Source: Amoebidium appalachense
Taxonomy: Eukaryota; Protista; Ichthyosporea
DNA length: 64,000 bases
Assembly: GCA_963693365.1 (NCBI GenBank)
Contig: CAVNZM010000001.1
Location: 863,554 to 927,553 of the forward strand
Direction: 5' to 3'
Part shown: positions 1 through 19,135 of the stretch, piece by piece
How positions within the stretch are numbered: position 1 is the first letter of the stretch
Layout of the letters: every line of letters starts with the position of its first letter
Position numbers and translations under genes: made by a program
The notes under the pieces: model-generated
What the model was told of the DNA's origin: nothing
Database searches by the model: none
Seen by the model: only the letters and a program-made list of their open reading frames with translations

Positions 1-291
1 GGAAGGGTCGATGTTCTGTATCATATGGAGCAGGAGGCAATTGCGGGCCTCTTTGAGTTCCGCGGTAGTGCCGTAGCCATAGAAGGGGGGTTCACCGTCA
101 ACCGCGACGGTGGTAGGGGGGACGTAGTTGTCAGCAAGGACAACATCCACGAGTCGGACACCTTTAGTGCCGGTCATCATGCCGAGAAAAATGATTTCCC
201 ATTGAAAATAGGTAGTTTTGCTATCGGGACCAGTCTTCCCTTCACCTTTCCACATGGTGATTTTGTTTACGCCAGTTTTGTTTGGATCCAT
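1..291 (-). CDS. gag: Copia Gag N-terminus (open off the window edge)
   Basis: MDPNKTGVNKITMWKGEG...TYFQWEIIFLGMM...ELKEARNCLLLHMIQNIDPS; stop-free for 97 codons and starts just downstream of the PBS. Confidence 0.7.
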   Translation of the reverse strand, partial: MDPNKTGVNKITMWKGEGKTGPDSKTTYFQWEIIFLGMMTGTKGVRLVDVVLADNYVPPTTVAVDGEPPFYGYGTTAELKEARNCLLLHMIQNIDPS

Positions 292-341
292 GATTGAAAA
301 ACGAGCGCGAGTTCTAGATGTGTGTAGGGAGCGTGCAAAAA

Positions 342-354
342 GGGCTGCATAACC
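342..354 (-). promoter_or_regulatory. Putative primer-binding site GGTTATGCAGCCC
   Basis: Directly abuts the LTR's terminal CA; resembles the GGTTATGGGCCC PBS typical of Copia elements. Confidence 0.7.
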
Positions 355-1280
355 TGTTAATTTCTATAAGTATTTTGGGATGAAAGCAGAGACACAGTGG
401 TGCAGTGTGAAAACACCACAGACACACACAACAACAAAACACGGAACGATCGGAGCAGTGTACACAACAGACATCAATGTTTAGACACGACTGAACTGAA
501 TTTATTCTGATCTTCGAATAAATACCTGAAATTCCTCTAAGTCCAATCCATACATGATTTCCGACCAGTCGGAAATCAGATCCATCTCTAATAGAAACCA
601 ATCACTAAGAACCAATTGCTTTCAGAGAGATCCGGTACGCGGAGGCGTACACGATAGGACACAGACACTAGTTAAGATCAACTCGTGTCATCATCAAGGA
701 AGTTCTAACCTATGACATACTGCAAAGACTCAGACATATCACACTTAACCTTGATGATTGGTTAAAGCCCGGCAACACATGAAAACTAAAGTGAATTAAT
801 GAAGTCTAAACACACATGCTATTCTAAGTGTAGCCTAAGTGTGTTACCGTCCAATGAACACGTATTAAGTAACACAAATCTACCTAACATATATTAGTAG
901 AAAAGAAATACGATTATACACATGAAGACAAGGAGAGAAAGAAAAGAAAATAAGGAAGGAGAAAGAGGAAGGAAAAGAGAGCACAGATCAACAAACAAGA
1001 TAGTAATAGCATAACTATAACCAGAGATATTTATGTACACACGAACATGTACACGTCTCTCCCTGAGTGGGTGGATCCGTGTACACACATATAAATATTC
1101 TAATCGATATTACAATACACGATTAAAGCCGATACAACACGATTACAAGTATACAAGCATATCGGAGATCGATGCTACACTTTACATAATAGGAGTGTGG
1201 CATTTACACTAAGCATATGAACTGAAACATAACACAAACTGAGAAGATCTTACCATATGTAAATACTACGTATTACAACA
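355..1280 (-). repeat. LTR (~926 bp, TG...CA)
   Basis: Near-identical reverse complement of 11341-12265 and 63394-64000; TG/CA termini. Confidence 0.92.
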
Positions 1281-1346
1281 AGATCCCCACGCGCACCACA
1301 ATCATATCCCATTCCCAGGCTGCACACACCACCTCACTTTCCTTAG

Positions 1347-7160
<5,814 letters not shown>

Positions 7161-7889
7161 AGGTAGCAATGGGTGAGGCTATGCAAATTGTCGTACCCTT
7201 AAAAGATGCCTTTATGGGGACTTTTAGACTACATTTTCCTTTTTTCCCATCTCGATCACCCCCACATCCGAACCTTTCGGATATCTTTATGAGATCTGTT
7301 TGACAATATGTTGATGTCTGAATCGAGTGCATAATTTTTGTTTTCGGCTTGGATTCACTTAATAATGCCAATCGTTGCCGCATCTATATGTATCTGTGGA
7401 CCCTGTAGTGGCCACATCAGCTAACAAATAACGGAAAGGGTTGTGGCCATTAGTATATCTAGTAACAATGCTGACAGTTACCGTAAGCCTGCCCGCCCAC
7501 ATGGGCCCGTATGGACAACTAAATGACGACTTAGTGGCGGGTTTATGATGTCTCGGACGATGGAATTTGTGCACGCGCACGTGCACCAAGTCTGTGACAC
7601 AAGGGTGTTGCTCCTCTGCCATATCTGATACGACTTCTTTCATGAATCATTCATTAAATATGCAACAATATTATTATCTGTTATAAATTATATCAAAATA
7701 TATCTTTACAACCAAGGTTGTTGGTAATTATCTACACTAGCCATATGGGTGGAATGGCTGGGCCAGAGCCAGACGAGGAGATGGGCGAAGACGCAGAGTA
7801 AATTTTCTGTTTGTTGATGAGTGGGGGTGTAGGGGGTTTGGTTTTCACGTGTGTCAGTAGCCTGTAACATATAGGCGCTGTGCCGATGT

Positions 7890-9585
7890 CAGAAGTTTAA
7901 GTGGACTGCAACCCAACCTTTTAGGTATATATTGACATCCAAATAGTATAGGTTTACTACGAAAAAGATATCAGAACTTATCGTTATAGCATCTTTACAT
8001 TCTCCTGCTGATATCATTATATACATGTTGACATCCAAATGGTATAAGTTTATGGCTAAAAAGATATCAGAACTTATCAATATAGCATCTTTACATTCAC
8101 CTGATGTCCATCTTGCGATGCTTAAAAGTGCACGGAATCGATCTAGCCTGGGTCCAAAAGATGCCTCGAACCCATCCCAGGAATCTCATGATGACCATCC
8201 AAAACACATCAAAGGGACAATTGCAAGACACCATAATGTGCATATATAGATTCATCTTCAGACAACTAACGGCTCCTGAAAAGTGCATACAAGGACCACT
8301 TAAAGACCCTAGAGAGATGCTGTGGACTCCATTCTCGTATGAGAATTGCATCCAGCAACATTATAGCATCTATATATGCCTATCATGTGCACCGGGTAAT
8401 CCACAAACCATCTATGACGTCGTGGATGTGGACCATCGCAAAGATCACATAGAGACCCTAACTAGATATCATAAAGTGCACATGCTGTGCCTAGAACAGG
8501 GATAAATCAGGAATGATGATATAATATGCACCAGAAATACACTTAGACATCTGAGGGTACCTAGGGGGTACATATGGATGGGAAAAGGATAGGATATTCA
8601 GAGATCTGTAATACCACATCATCAACACCATAGGTCCACATGTAGATGCCTTCAAGTGCACGGAATCGATCGAGCCAGGGTCAAAAAGATGTCACAAACC
8701 CATCCCAGAAACCTCATGATGACCATCCGAAAGGCATCTAAAAGACCACGTAAAGGCCATATAAGATGCAAATATGGTTTTCCCTCATGACAACTAAATG
8801 TTCCTAAAAGGTTCATTAACAGACCACTTAAAGACGTCAAAAAGATGCTGTATACCAGATATAGCGTCCAGCAACATTAAAGCAACCATATATGCCTATC
8901 ATGTGCACCACCCAATCCACATACCATCTATGACGTCGTGGATGAGGTCCATCTACAAGAGCACATAAAGACACTTTGTCGATCATTAAAAGTGCATATG
9001 CTGTGCATATAACAGCGAAAAAACAATATGGATCGTATAAAATGCACTAAAACTAGTCTTGGACATCATAGGGGACTTAGGGGGTAGAAATGGATGGGAA
9101 GAAAATATGATCATATAAAGTGGTCCATATAATGTCTATGTGCACCGGAAATAAACTAGAAGTACACTTGGACGTCCTGGAGTACTTAGGGTGTACTTTG
9201 GGATGGGTACAAGAAAAGAGCATTTAATGTGGTCTTTAGATGGTCCATATCACCACCCAAACCCCACCAAATTGTGTTTGGAAAATTTTGAACATCGGGG
9301 CATTTAATATGCATTTAGGATGGGTTGTAGATCATTTCATGACACCATAGTAGATGCCTTGCGGTGCTGTTCTGGATGATGGATGATATCAAGTCCCCTT
9401 TATCCCCTCCTGGACATCATAGATGAGTTATGGATAGTGGCCATCCAAATTGTTTACGACCCCCACATCCCATCTAGATGTCATCATGTAGGTAGGTTGT
9501 GGTGGATGTGTGGGGTGGATATGGTGGGAGGACCCCCAAAAGGTGTCCTGGATGGGATCCGGATCGCCGAACAAGATTGCTGATG
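7890..9585. repeat. Subterminal repeat region and right terminus (...GATTGCTGATG) of a CATCAGCAA-type DNA transposon, likely the one carrying Plavaka copy A
   Basis: Degenerate duplications (~7920-8100; ~8125-8560 vs ~8655-9100) end in TTGCTGATG at 9577-9585, exactly where Copia coding sequence begins. Confidence 0.6.
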
Positions 9586-10276
9586 AGCATGCTGGCTACA
9601 TCATCAACATCACACCGTCATCTGCTGCCAACGGCAACACCCCCTTCGAGGCCTTCCACGGCTTCAAACCCGACGTCTCCCAGCTCCACGTGTTCGGCTC
9701 CCCTGCCTATGTGCATGTTCCCCGATCCAAGAGGAACAAGCTTGCATCAACCGTCAGAGTCGGCACCTACGTCGGCTGGGATCTGCCCTCCAAGGTACAC
9801 AAGATCCTCGACCGTGCCAGCCACCAAGTCAAGATCTGCTGTGATGTGATCTTCGACGAGTCAAAATTCACGAGCAGCACCAATCAGGTCCCCGATCCCC
9901 CCAAACCCGATCTGCCGACAAACGACCCCCCCACCGACGACGACGATGAAACTCCGTCTGTGGTCATCTCCCAACCGTCCTGGCACAACCAACCAGCCCC
10001 GGTTGAACCCGTACCTCCCCCGAGCCCCCCCCCCACTGGCCAACAACCCTTGCTACCGGCCCCCCCCGTTGCTGTGCATCAACCCGGCTACATGACTCCG
10101 GTTCGTCCTGGGTCCCCCACCTTCCACTCGGCCTCGAGCAGCCCTGTGGACACCGATGCCCCCCTCACCACCGGTCCTATTCCTGGCTTCCATGCCCCTG
10201 TCCCGGCCTACAACACCTCCCCCGGCCTCCACCCCCCTCAAGGACCCCCCCAAGCCCAACCTTCGTCGGTCTGCAC
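9586..10276 (+). pseudogene. pol: Copia pol fragment (integrase C-terminus / retroviral SH3-like region + Pro-rich linker)
   Basis: HAGYIINITPSSA..NTPFEAFHGFKPDVSQLHVFGSPAYVHVPRSKRNKL...GTYVGW...CDVIFDES is a typical Copia signature. Confidence 0.88.
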
Positions 10277-11290
10277 CATCAGCAAACTTCCCGGAAGTAT
10301 TGCCAACGTATTTTTTGCTATTGGAGCTATTGGCGATATTGGCAATAGAACCCCTTGCCGCCAATAGGAACGCCATATTGCAATAATATTGCTTTGGTAT
10401 TGTCAATGGTAATACAGTACCAATATCCTCTATTGTCGATATCCCGCTGATATGAATATATTATCCAGTATATGTTACATCAATATCGCCAATACATTAG
10501 AGTGCCATTACATTACCATTGCATTACTATTGCGCTAGCATTATAGACGTATTGCCAATATCAACTATACCCGGGCGATATTACAATAACAACCAAATAA
10601 TATCAAAAATACAGATAATGATATGGATAATACTGTATTTTCGCATTGTAGTTGCATTATGAACGCATTATTAATATATTGCCAATATGTAATTCATAGA
10701 AATACAAAGATTTAAATATCAAGAAACATATAAACAATGTATTGCCAACATATGATCCAACTATAATCAATATATAAATGCGGTATCGCCGATAGGTTGC
10801 TTATATATCGTGAGTATATTGATGACATAAACAGAGGTATGATTAATACACTCCCAACACATTACAAATAAGGAATATGTAAGTATGTTCCATATCAAGC
10901 ATATATTGCCAACATACGAATGATACCACCACCATAAAGATATAAGTGTTGATAATGATTACATATATATTATAAATATCACACTATATTATCCAAATAC
11001 ATTGCCAATAAATTGATAATGGGAACGAATGCATGCAAAGTACAGTATAAGTGCGCTTATAATATGAAAGGCATATCGGAGTAACGTCTTATATCTAAGA
11101 ATAATACGTATGACGAACATTGCCAATGTATTAACAATAACTTTATTGATACCTCAATCACATGCTCAATATATTGGGCAATATGCACACGGTACGGTAA
11201 GCACAGCCCCATGATCATTGTCAATGTATTGCCAATGTATTGCACATGTCGACATCCATACGTGTTCCGTATGGTCACTTTATTAACTTC
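10277..11290. mobile_element. Left terminus (CATCAGCAAAC) and subterminal TATTGCCAA repeats of another DNA transposon
   Basis: CATCAGCAAAC at 10277 matches the 37212 TIR for 11 bp and interrupts the Copia frame. It is followed by AT-rich DNA with many (T)ATTGCCAA/TATTGGC motifs. Confidence 0.7.
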
Positions 11291-11340
11291 GGTTGGATAG
11301 TGGCATCAAGCACACAAGTAAACAACACAACTAATATACC

Positions 11341-12265
11341 TGTTGTAATACGTAGTATTTACATATGGTAAGATCTTCTCAGTTTGTGTTATGTTTCAGT
11401 TCATATGCTTAGTGTAAATGCCACACTCCTATTATGTAAAGTGTAGCATCGATCTCCGATATGCTTGTATACTTGTAATCGTGTTGTATCGGCTCTAATC
11501 GTGTATTGTGATATCGATTAGAATATTTATATGTGTGTACACGGATCTACCCACTCAGGGAGAGACGTGTACATGTTTGTGTGTACATAAATATCTCTGG
11601 TTATAGTTATACTATTACTATCTTGTTTGTTGATCTGTGCTCTCTTTTCCTTTCTCTTTCTCCTTCCTTATTTTCTTTTCTTTCTCTCCTTGTCTTCATG
11701 TGTATAATCGTATTTCTTTTCTACTAATACATGTTAGGTAGATTTGTGTTACTTAATATGTGTTGATTGGACGGTAACACACTTAGGCTACACTTAGAAT
11801 AACATGTGTGATTAGACTTCATTAATTTACTTTAGTTTTCATGTGTTGCCGGGCTTTAACCAATCATCAAGGTTAAGTGTGATATGTCTGAGTCTTTGCA
11901 GTGTGTCATAGGTTAAAACTTCCTTGATGATGACACGAGTTGATCTTAACTAGTGTCTGTGTCCTATCGTGTACGTCTCCGCGTACCAGATCTCTCTGAA
12001 AGCAATTGGTTCTTAGTGATTGGTTTCTATTAGAGATAGATCTGATTTCCGACTGGTCGGAAATCATGTATGGATTGGACTTAGAGGAATTTCAGGTATT
12101 TATTCAAAGATCAGAATAAATTCAGTTCAGTCGTGTCTAAACATTGATGTCTGTTGTGTACACTGCTCCGATCGTTCCCAGTTTTGTTATTGTGTGTGTC
12201 TGTGGTGTTTTCACACTGCACCACTGTGTCTCTGCTTACATCCCAAATACTCATATAATTTTACA
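11341..12265 (+). mobile_element. Solo LTR with 5-bp TSD ATACC
   Basis: TGTTGTAATA...TTTTACA flanked by ATACC at 11336-11340 and 12266-12270. Confidence 0.93.
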
Positions 12266-12967
12266 ATACCACCCCAGGTGGCATCCTAAAGCACACAAGT
12301 TAACAACACAACTAACATACCACCCCAGGTGGCATCCATTCTCTACTATCTACTTTATCTCGCATCTCGTATCAACATTACTCTTATGCAAACAAAAAAT
12401 ACCAAAAAGAATCATGACAAAAAAAGAAGAAAAAAGAAGAAAAAAGAAAAAGAAAACTACCACACAAGCACAACAGGCTGGGCTGGGGCAACACAGAAAC
12501 GAAAAACGGAAACAACAGCAGCCATAGGACAAAGAGCCGGTACCCACCTCTAGAGTGGCAAAAAAAGAGTCGACAGAACGAACCTCAAACATAGTAAGGA
12601 CGGAAACCCGGACCAGAACTTATAAGTCTAGAGAAGCAGAAAATAGCTTGAACGACTGGTGGAGGGGATGATAGCTATAGTGCTAACAGCAAAAGTAGTG
12701 CCCACAGTCGCTGGTTCATGAACGTGAAAAGGCAACGTGCATCTGCAGCCAGCAGGCACACGCACACACACGCACACACATACAATCACACGCACACAGA
12801 CACAGACACAGACACAGACATAATCACAGGCACGGACACAGACCAGACAGACAAACGCCACATGCACAAAAGCAGGCAACACAAAACTAACCTTCAAACG
12901 GCCTTTCAGCCGTTAGGCGAAGAAGCTGCAGCATGCAGCATGGTCGAAACCATTCAGCACGGTGGCT

Positions 12968-13110
12968 GCGCGACCTGCGGATGGGACCTGTGACCAGGCG
13001 ACCTGCGGGAGGCGACCTGCGGGAAGGGAACTGCGACCAGGCGACCTGCGGGAAGGGACCTGCGACCAGGCGACCTGCGGGAAAGGACCTGCTGACCTGC
13101 GGGAAGGGGG
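12968..13110 (+). repeat. GC-rich short tandem repeat (GCGACCTGCGGGAAGGGACCTGCGACCAG-like, ~29 bp)
   Basis: Repeated GCGACCTGCGG motifs are visible directly. Confidence 0.8.
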
Positions 13111-14194
13111 AAGAGAAATGGAGCAAACAACGTGCGTACAGGCTTAAACGGACAAAAATTGCAAACCGGATTGGGTTTAGCCAATCACTATTTGCTATCA
13201 GAAGCGGATTCCCATGGTGTACATATTGTGATTGGATCGATTCTCGGCGGATCGGTGAGGTTGGCGATATGGTGGACATATTTCGGACACCGTTGCCATA
13301 CGTTCCGACGGAGCTTAAGTTATAACGTGAACGCTGTTTACTCGAGGCCTATCCCCGCTTTACGTAGAAAGGTCATGTGTGGGGGAAGATGTGAACACCC
13401 AGACGTGTATGTACACCCGGGCAGGCCTGTGTACTCGTTGTTATGTTAATAGTTGGTTGATGGAGTACATCTTCAACGCGACGTATACACGCGTGCGTGC
13501 GATTCAGGAAGGGGTCCCCATATGGCTCTCGTATTATTTATATTCGTGTGATATATATATTCTATGTACTATCTATTACCAATATACGTTACGTATTGGT
13601 ACAATATCACCAATACTAATTAAATATCGTCACGCGTGATGGTGATGGCATCCATGTAGCTCTGCGGCAGTGTGTGTGTGTGGTGCGTGTGTGTGTGGTG
13701 TGGAGAGGCGGCCTGGGGTGGGGGGGGGGGGGGGGGGGGGGGGGAGGGCCCGGTGGGGGGGGGGGGGGGGGGGGGGGGGGGATAGGCAAATACCAGACAG
13801 TGATGCATAATTGCACATTCTTTTGCAGCTACAGTTTGATGATATTTACCCACCGTGTGCACCACACATGTGACCCCAGTCTTCCGAGGTGGTGTCACAG
13901 GTGGGCGCCAACACCAATAAATTGACTGGTGACGGGTGTACAACCAAAGAAACTCAGCAGCACATATAATAACGTTGATGCTATACCCTGCCTAGTTAAC
14001 GTAATAATAAGTGCACCATCGCACGCGTGACCCCCTCCCCCCCCCCCCCTCCCCCTGGGGGGGGGTGTTTTTGCTGCGCGGTACCCCTGATATTGTAGGT
14101 GTACACTGCGCCCACAACCCCAACTGTGTGCTGAATATCTCGTGCTAGGAAACCAATAACACGAAACTAACACATGCCGCATGATATATGATAT

Positions 14195-15470
14195 ATATGG
14201 TACAAGGGGGGTTTCAATCCGGGCTACAATGATGTGTTTTTTTCGTGTGACCCTCGTACTCCAGAGGCACATTCACCATCCCCCCCATAAACTTTGTGGT
14301 AAATTTCTCGTGCTAGAAGCTGTTCTGTGGGTAGTTAATGAAAAAACCAATAATGTCCAATTAACACATGTACATATACTATGCTACAAGGGGGTTTCTA
14401 TACGAGCTACAACGTTGTGGTTTTTTCGTGTGCCCCTCGTACTCCAGGGGCACATTCACCATCCCCCCCATAAACGTTGTGGTAAATTTCTCGTGCTAGA
14501 AGCTGTTCTGTGGGTAGTTATTGAAAAAACCAATAATGTGTAAGTAACACATGCCATATATTATGCTACAAGGGGGGTTCTATTCGAGCTACAACGTTGT
14601 GTTTTTTTCGTGTGACCCTCGTACTCCAGGGGCACATTCACCATCCCCCCAATAAACGTTTTGGTATATTTCTCGTGCTAGAGGCTGTTCTGTGGGTAGT
14701 TATTGAAAAACCCAAAAATGTGTAAGTAACACATGGACATATACTATGCTACAAGGGGGGTTCTATACGAGCTACAACGTTGTGTTTTTTCCGTGTGACC
14801 CTCGTACTCCAAGGGCACATTCACCATCCCCCCCATAAACTGTGTGGTAAAGTTCTCGTGCTAGAAGCTGTTCTGTGTGTAGTTATCGAAAAAACCAATA
14901 ATGTCTAGGTAACACATGGACATATACTATGCTACAAGGGGGGTTCTATACGAGCTACAACGTTGTGTTTTTTTCGTGTGACCCTCGTACTCCAGGGGCA
15001 CATTCACCATCCCCCCCATAAACGTTGTGGTAAATGTCTCGTGCTAGAAGCTGTTCCGTTGGTAGTTATTGAAAAAACCAATAATGTGTAAGTAACACAT
15101 GTACATATATTATGCTACAAGGGGGGTTCTATTCGAGCTACAACCTTGTGTTTTTTTCGTGTGGCCCTCGTACTCCAGGGGCACATTCACCATCCCCCCC
15201 ATAAACTTTGTGGTAAATTTCTCGTGCGAGAGGCTGTTCTGTGGGTAGTTTTTGAAAAAACCAAAAATGCCTAGCTAACACATGGATATATACTATGCTA
15301 CAAGGGGGGTTCTATACGAGCTACAACGTTGTGTTTTTTTCGTGTGACCCTCGTACTCCAAGGGCACATTCACCATCCCTCCTTATAATTTGTGGTGAAT
15401 TTATCGTGCTAGAAGCTACTCTGTGGGTAGTTAGTGAAAAAACCCGATGCTTATAAGTAACACATGCACA
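14195..15470 (+). repeat. Minisatellite, ~183-bp unit x 7
   Basis: (GC)TACAAGGGGG(G)TT recurs at ~14198, 14383, 14565, 14748, 14931, 15114 and 15297; reverse-complement copies lie at ~51727-52075. Confidence 0.92.
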
Positions 15471-15692
15471 AATTGTCATCATAGCATTATACTACCATAG
15501 TAGTTGGTCGACAATAACGATATCTTGGGAACGTGGACACCATATTGTAAACCAAAAAATAATAACACCATAATATACTACACATACCTAACAATGTATT
15601 GTGAATGAATAAAATACTTGCTTACGTGCTGGTAACATACGAGAAACAAGGATTCTCTTGGTTTTTTTTTTTCTTTCTTTTTTGTTTGTTTT

Positions 15693-15752
<60 letters not shown>

Positions 15753-16139
15753 CGTGTGTGTGTGTGTGTGTTTAAGGGGGGGGGGGGGGGGGGGGGGGGG
15801 GGGTCGTTTTGCAGATATATCGACTAGAGTCCCTCATCAGGGGACACATTCACAGTACTTTATTAAGATCGGCCTTCAAGGCCAAAAAAGCTCAATCTCG
15901 AGTAAGATTAGATAGCATTTTATGAGGCCGGCCAGGCCTTAACTACAAAAAGGAGAAAAAACAACACACAGCTAAACATAGATCTAATATTAGCTAAATC
16001 AATCGACACACTGGTACATTGCCTGGAGTAAACAGCATCTATCCCACTGGTACATGTACTGTCATCATCCAACCAACACCCGTGTAGTACCTTTGTCAAG
16101 CGTTCCTACGATACTACATAAGAGAAGAGAGGGTTATAT

Positions 16140-16416
16140 GTGTACGTGTGTACGTGTGTACGTGTGTGTGTATGTGTGTATGTGTGAGGGAGGGAGGGAG
16201 GGAGGGTTGGGAGGGAGGGAGGGGAGGGAGGGTTGGGAGGGAGGGAGGGAGGGAGGGGGGGAGGGAGGGAGGGAGGGAGGGAGAGAAAGAGAGAAAGAGA
16301 GAGTGTGCATGTCTGTATGTGTGTGTGTGTGTGTGTGTGTGTTTGCGTGTGTGTGTGAGTGCATATGTGAGTGTGCATGTGCATGTGCATGTGCATGTGC
16401 ATGTGCATGTGTGTGT

Positions 16417-16475
<59 letters not shown>

Positions 16476-16941
16476 GGAGGGAGGGAGGGAGGGAGGGAGG
16501 GAGGGAGGGAGGGAGGGACGGAGGGAGGAAGGGAGGGATGGTTGGGAGGGAGGGAGGGAGGGGGGAGGGAGGGAGGGAGGGAGGGAGGGAGAGAAAGAGA
16601 GAGAGACAGTGTGTGTGTGTGCATATCTGTATGTGTGTGTGTGTGTGCGTGTTTGCGTGTGTGTGTGTGTGTGCATATGTGAGTGTGCATGTGCATGTGT
16701 GTGTGTCTGTGTGTGCATATGTGCATGTGTGTGTGTGTGTGTGTGTGTATGCGTGTCTGTGTCTGATGTGTGGATGTCTGTGTATGTTGTGTGTGTGTGT
16801 ATGTCTGTGTGTGTGTATGTGCTCAGTTGAAAGGGAAGGGGGGGAGAGGGGGGATGCACCGTGTGTGTGCATGTGTGCACGTGTGTGTGTGTGTGCTCTG
16901 TGGAGAGGGGAAGGGGAGGGGGGAAATGCACCGTGTGTGTG

Positions 16942-16995
<54 letters not shown>

Positions 16996-17138
16996 TTGTG
17001 TGTTTGTCTGTGTGTGCATGTCTGTGTGCGTCGTGTGTGGTGTGTGTGTGTATGTGCATGTCTGTGCATGTGTGCATGTGCTCGGTGGAGAGGGAAGGGC
17101 AAGGGGGGGATTCGTGTCCGTGCATGTGTGCATGTGTG

Positions 17139-17195
<57 letters not shown>

Positions 17196-17421
17196 ATGTA
17201 TGTGTGTGTGTATGTGCTCAGTTGAGAGGGGAAGGGGGGGGGGGGGGGGGGGGATGCACCGTGTGTGTGCATGTGTGCACGTGTGTGTGTGTGTGTGCTC
17301 TGTGGAGAGGGATGGGGGAGGGGAGGAAATGCACCGTGTGTGTGCATATGTGTGTGTGTCTCTCTGTATGTGTGTGTGTGTGTGTTGTGTGTTTGTGTGT
17401 GTGAGCATGTCGTGTGTGTGT

Positions 17422-17477
<56 letters not shown>

Positions 17478-17616
17478 GGTGTGTGTGTGTGTCCCGGTGT
17501 GCATGTGCGTGCGTGTGTGTGAGTGCATGTTTTTGGAGTGCATGTTTTTGCATTGTGTGCGAGCATGTGGATGCCTCGGTGAGAACAAGATTGGACGGTG
17601 TCGAATGCTGTGTGTG

Positions 17617-17652
<36 letters not shown>

Positions 17653-17670
17653 CTGTGTGCGTGTGTGTTT
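16140..17670 (+). repeat. Composite (GGGA)n/(GT)n block, paralogous to 50320-51470
   Basis: Shared unique spacers in the same order, e.g. GATGCACCGTGTG, GGATTCGTGTCCGTGC and GAGCATGTGGATGCCT..CAAGATTGGACGGT.TCGAATGCTG. Confidence 0.85.
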
Positions 17671-17831
17671 TTTTGGGGGGAGAGGGGTAGTAGGAGGACC
17701 AGAGGGGGGGGGGGGGGGTGGTGGTGGTAAAGAGTACGAGAGAAAGGGGTAAAATTTCAGACATGTGGAGGCTTGAGCAAAAGCAGGTTAAGTCCATAAT
17801 GGGTAAAACCGGCGCTGGAACGAGAGGGGAA

Positions 17832-17889
<58 letters not shown>

Positions 17890-18081
17890 GTGATGTGTGC
17901 ATTCGAGGGTGGCAGCCAAAGAAGCAAAGCATCGCAAAGGACATTGGAATAGAGGGACACAGGACCAAAACAGGATCAATGGGAGAAGAGGGAAAAAAAT
18001 TAATAGTTAACGGGGAGGGATAAGAAGAAATACTGCAAGTAATCGAGGCGAACAGGTATGGGGGGAACCGGGCAGGAAGAA

Positions 18082-18114
<33 letters not shown>

Positions 18115-18712
18115 GGAGTGAAGGACGAGAGGGTGGGTCACAAGGACAGAGATTATTCAGTAGAGACTAAGGCTTCAGCCGGGAAGGGAGGGGGGGGGGG
18201 GGGGAGGGGGGGGAGAGGGAGGGGGAGAGGGAGGGGGGGGGGGGGGGGGGGTCATAAAAGGACAAGGAAAGGAGGTGATTTCAGCAACCAGTCGAGGCTT
18301 GAACAAGAGTAGGTGAAGTTTGTAACGGTTAGCAAAACTGGTGCTAGAACGAGAGAGGAAACACACAGTGAAACGTAAAAGAGGGTAGAGAGTTGAGAGG
18401 AAGAAGGGGAAGTTTGTGTGTGTGCGTGTATGCATGGGTGGGTGGCACAGGTATACATGATGGTGTAAGTGATACCGTTGCTTACAGCGTTGCTAGTACG
18501 TTTCCCGTTGCTTGCAGCCTTACTGGCGCCGTTGCTTTACCGTTGGGGTGTGTCCAATGATGACAGTAATGGTGAGTGCAATGCCGTTGGTTGGACTCAG
18601 GGTGTAGGCAACCCATGTCATGTGAAAGCAACGGTGTCACTTCTACCATTAATGGAGTAATTGATGGTAGCACTAGCAGCATCACTCCCCCCCCCCCCCC
18701 CCCCCCCCCCCG

Positions 18713-18810
<98 letters not shown>

Positions 18811-19135
18811 GCCCACCCACCCGTGCACCCACACTCCCACACACAATTTTTACAGGCAAAATAATAGCACTTGCTTTATGATCGATTTGTATCATTTCCT
18901 GCAATAATTATAATTATCAATATCCCCGGTCCCCTAGACCTGTATATGTTTTGTCGATGACTGACTTTCTAACATTTTTCATGTGTCATGAAGTGGCGTT
19001 TGTGAACCAAATGTGCACATGTTCAATGGCCGAGGTCATAATGACTTTGCATTTGCGGCCATAATTTATTGAAATAGTATAAAACTTGTGCTGAAAAGCA
19101 CATCTGCCGGCAGCAACAAAGCACGGCTAACAGCA

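Larger units (their letters stand above)
1..1280 (-). mobile_element. Ty1/Copia LTR retrotransposon, 5' end (LTR + PBS + gag start), continues beyond left edge
   Basis: Minus strand reads TGTTGTAATA (1280) ... TTAACA (355), then GGTTATGCAGCCC and an ATG ORF at 291. The same LTR recurs at 11341 and 63394. Confidence 0.85.

Noticed and set aside
314-1088. Small repeated ORFs (MVSIRD..., MCTRIH...) seen two or three times
   Set aside because: They lie within LTR copies; the repetition reflects the LTR, not coding constraint.
7809-7819. GTTTGTTGATG, a TIR-like sequence downstream of Plavaka A
   Set aside because: It has a mismatch in the core and no clear junction; 9585 is a better-supported end, though a relic end cannot be excluded.
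14195-15470. CRISPR-like array (also considered for 47500-48600 and 5060-6210)
   Set aside because: Whole units repeat with no unique spacers; there are no cas genes and the context is eukaryotic.
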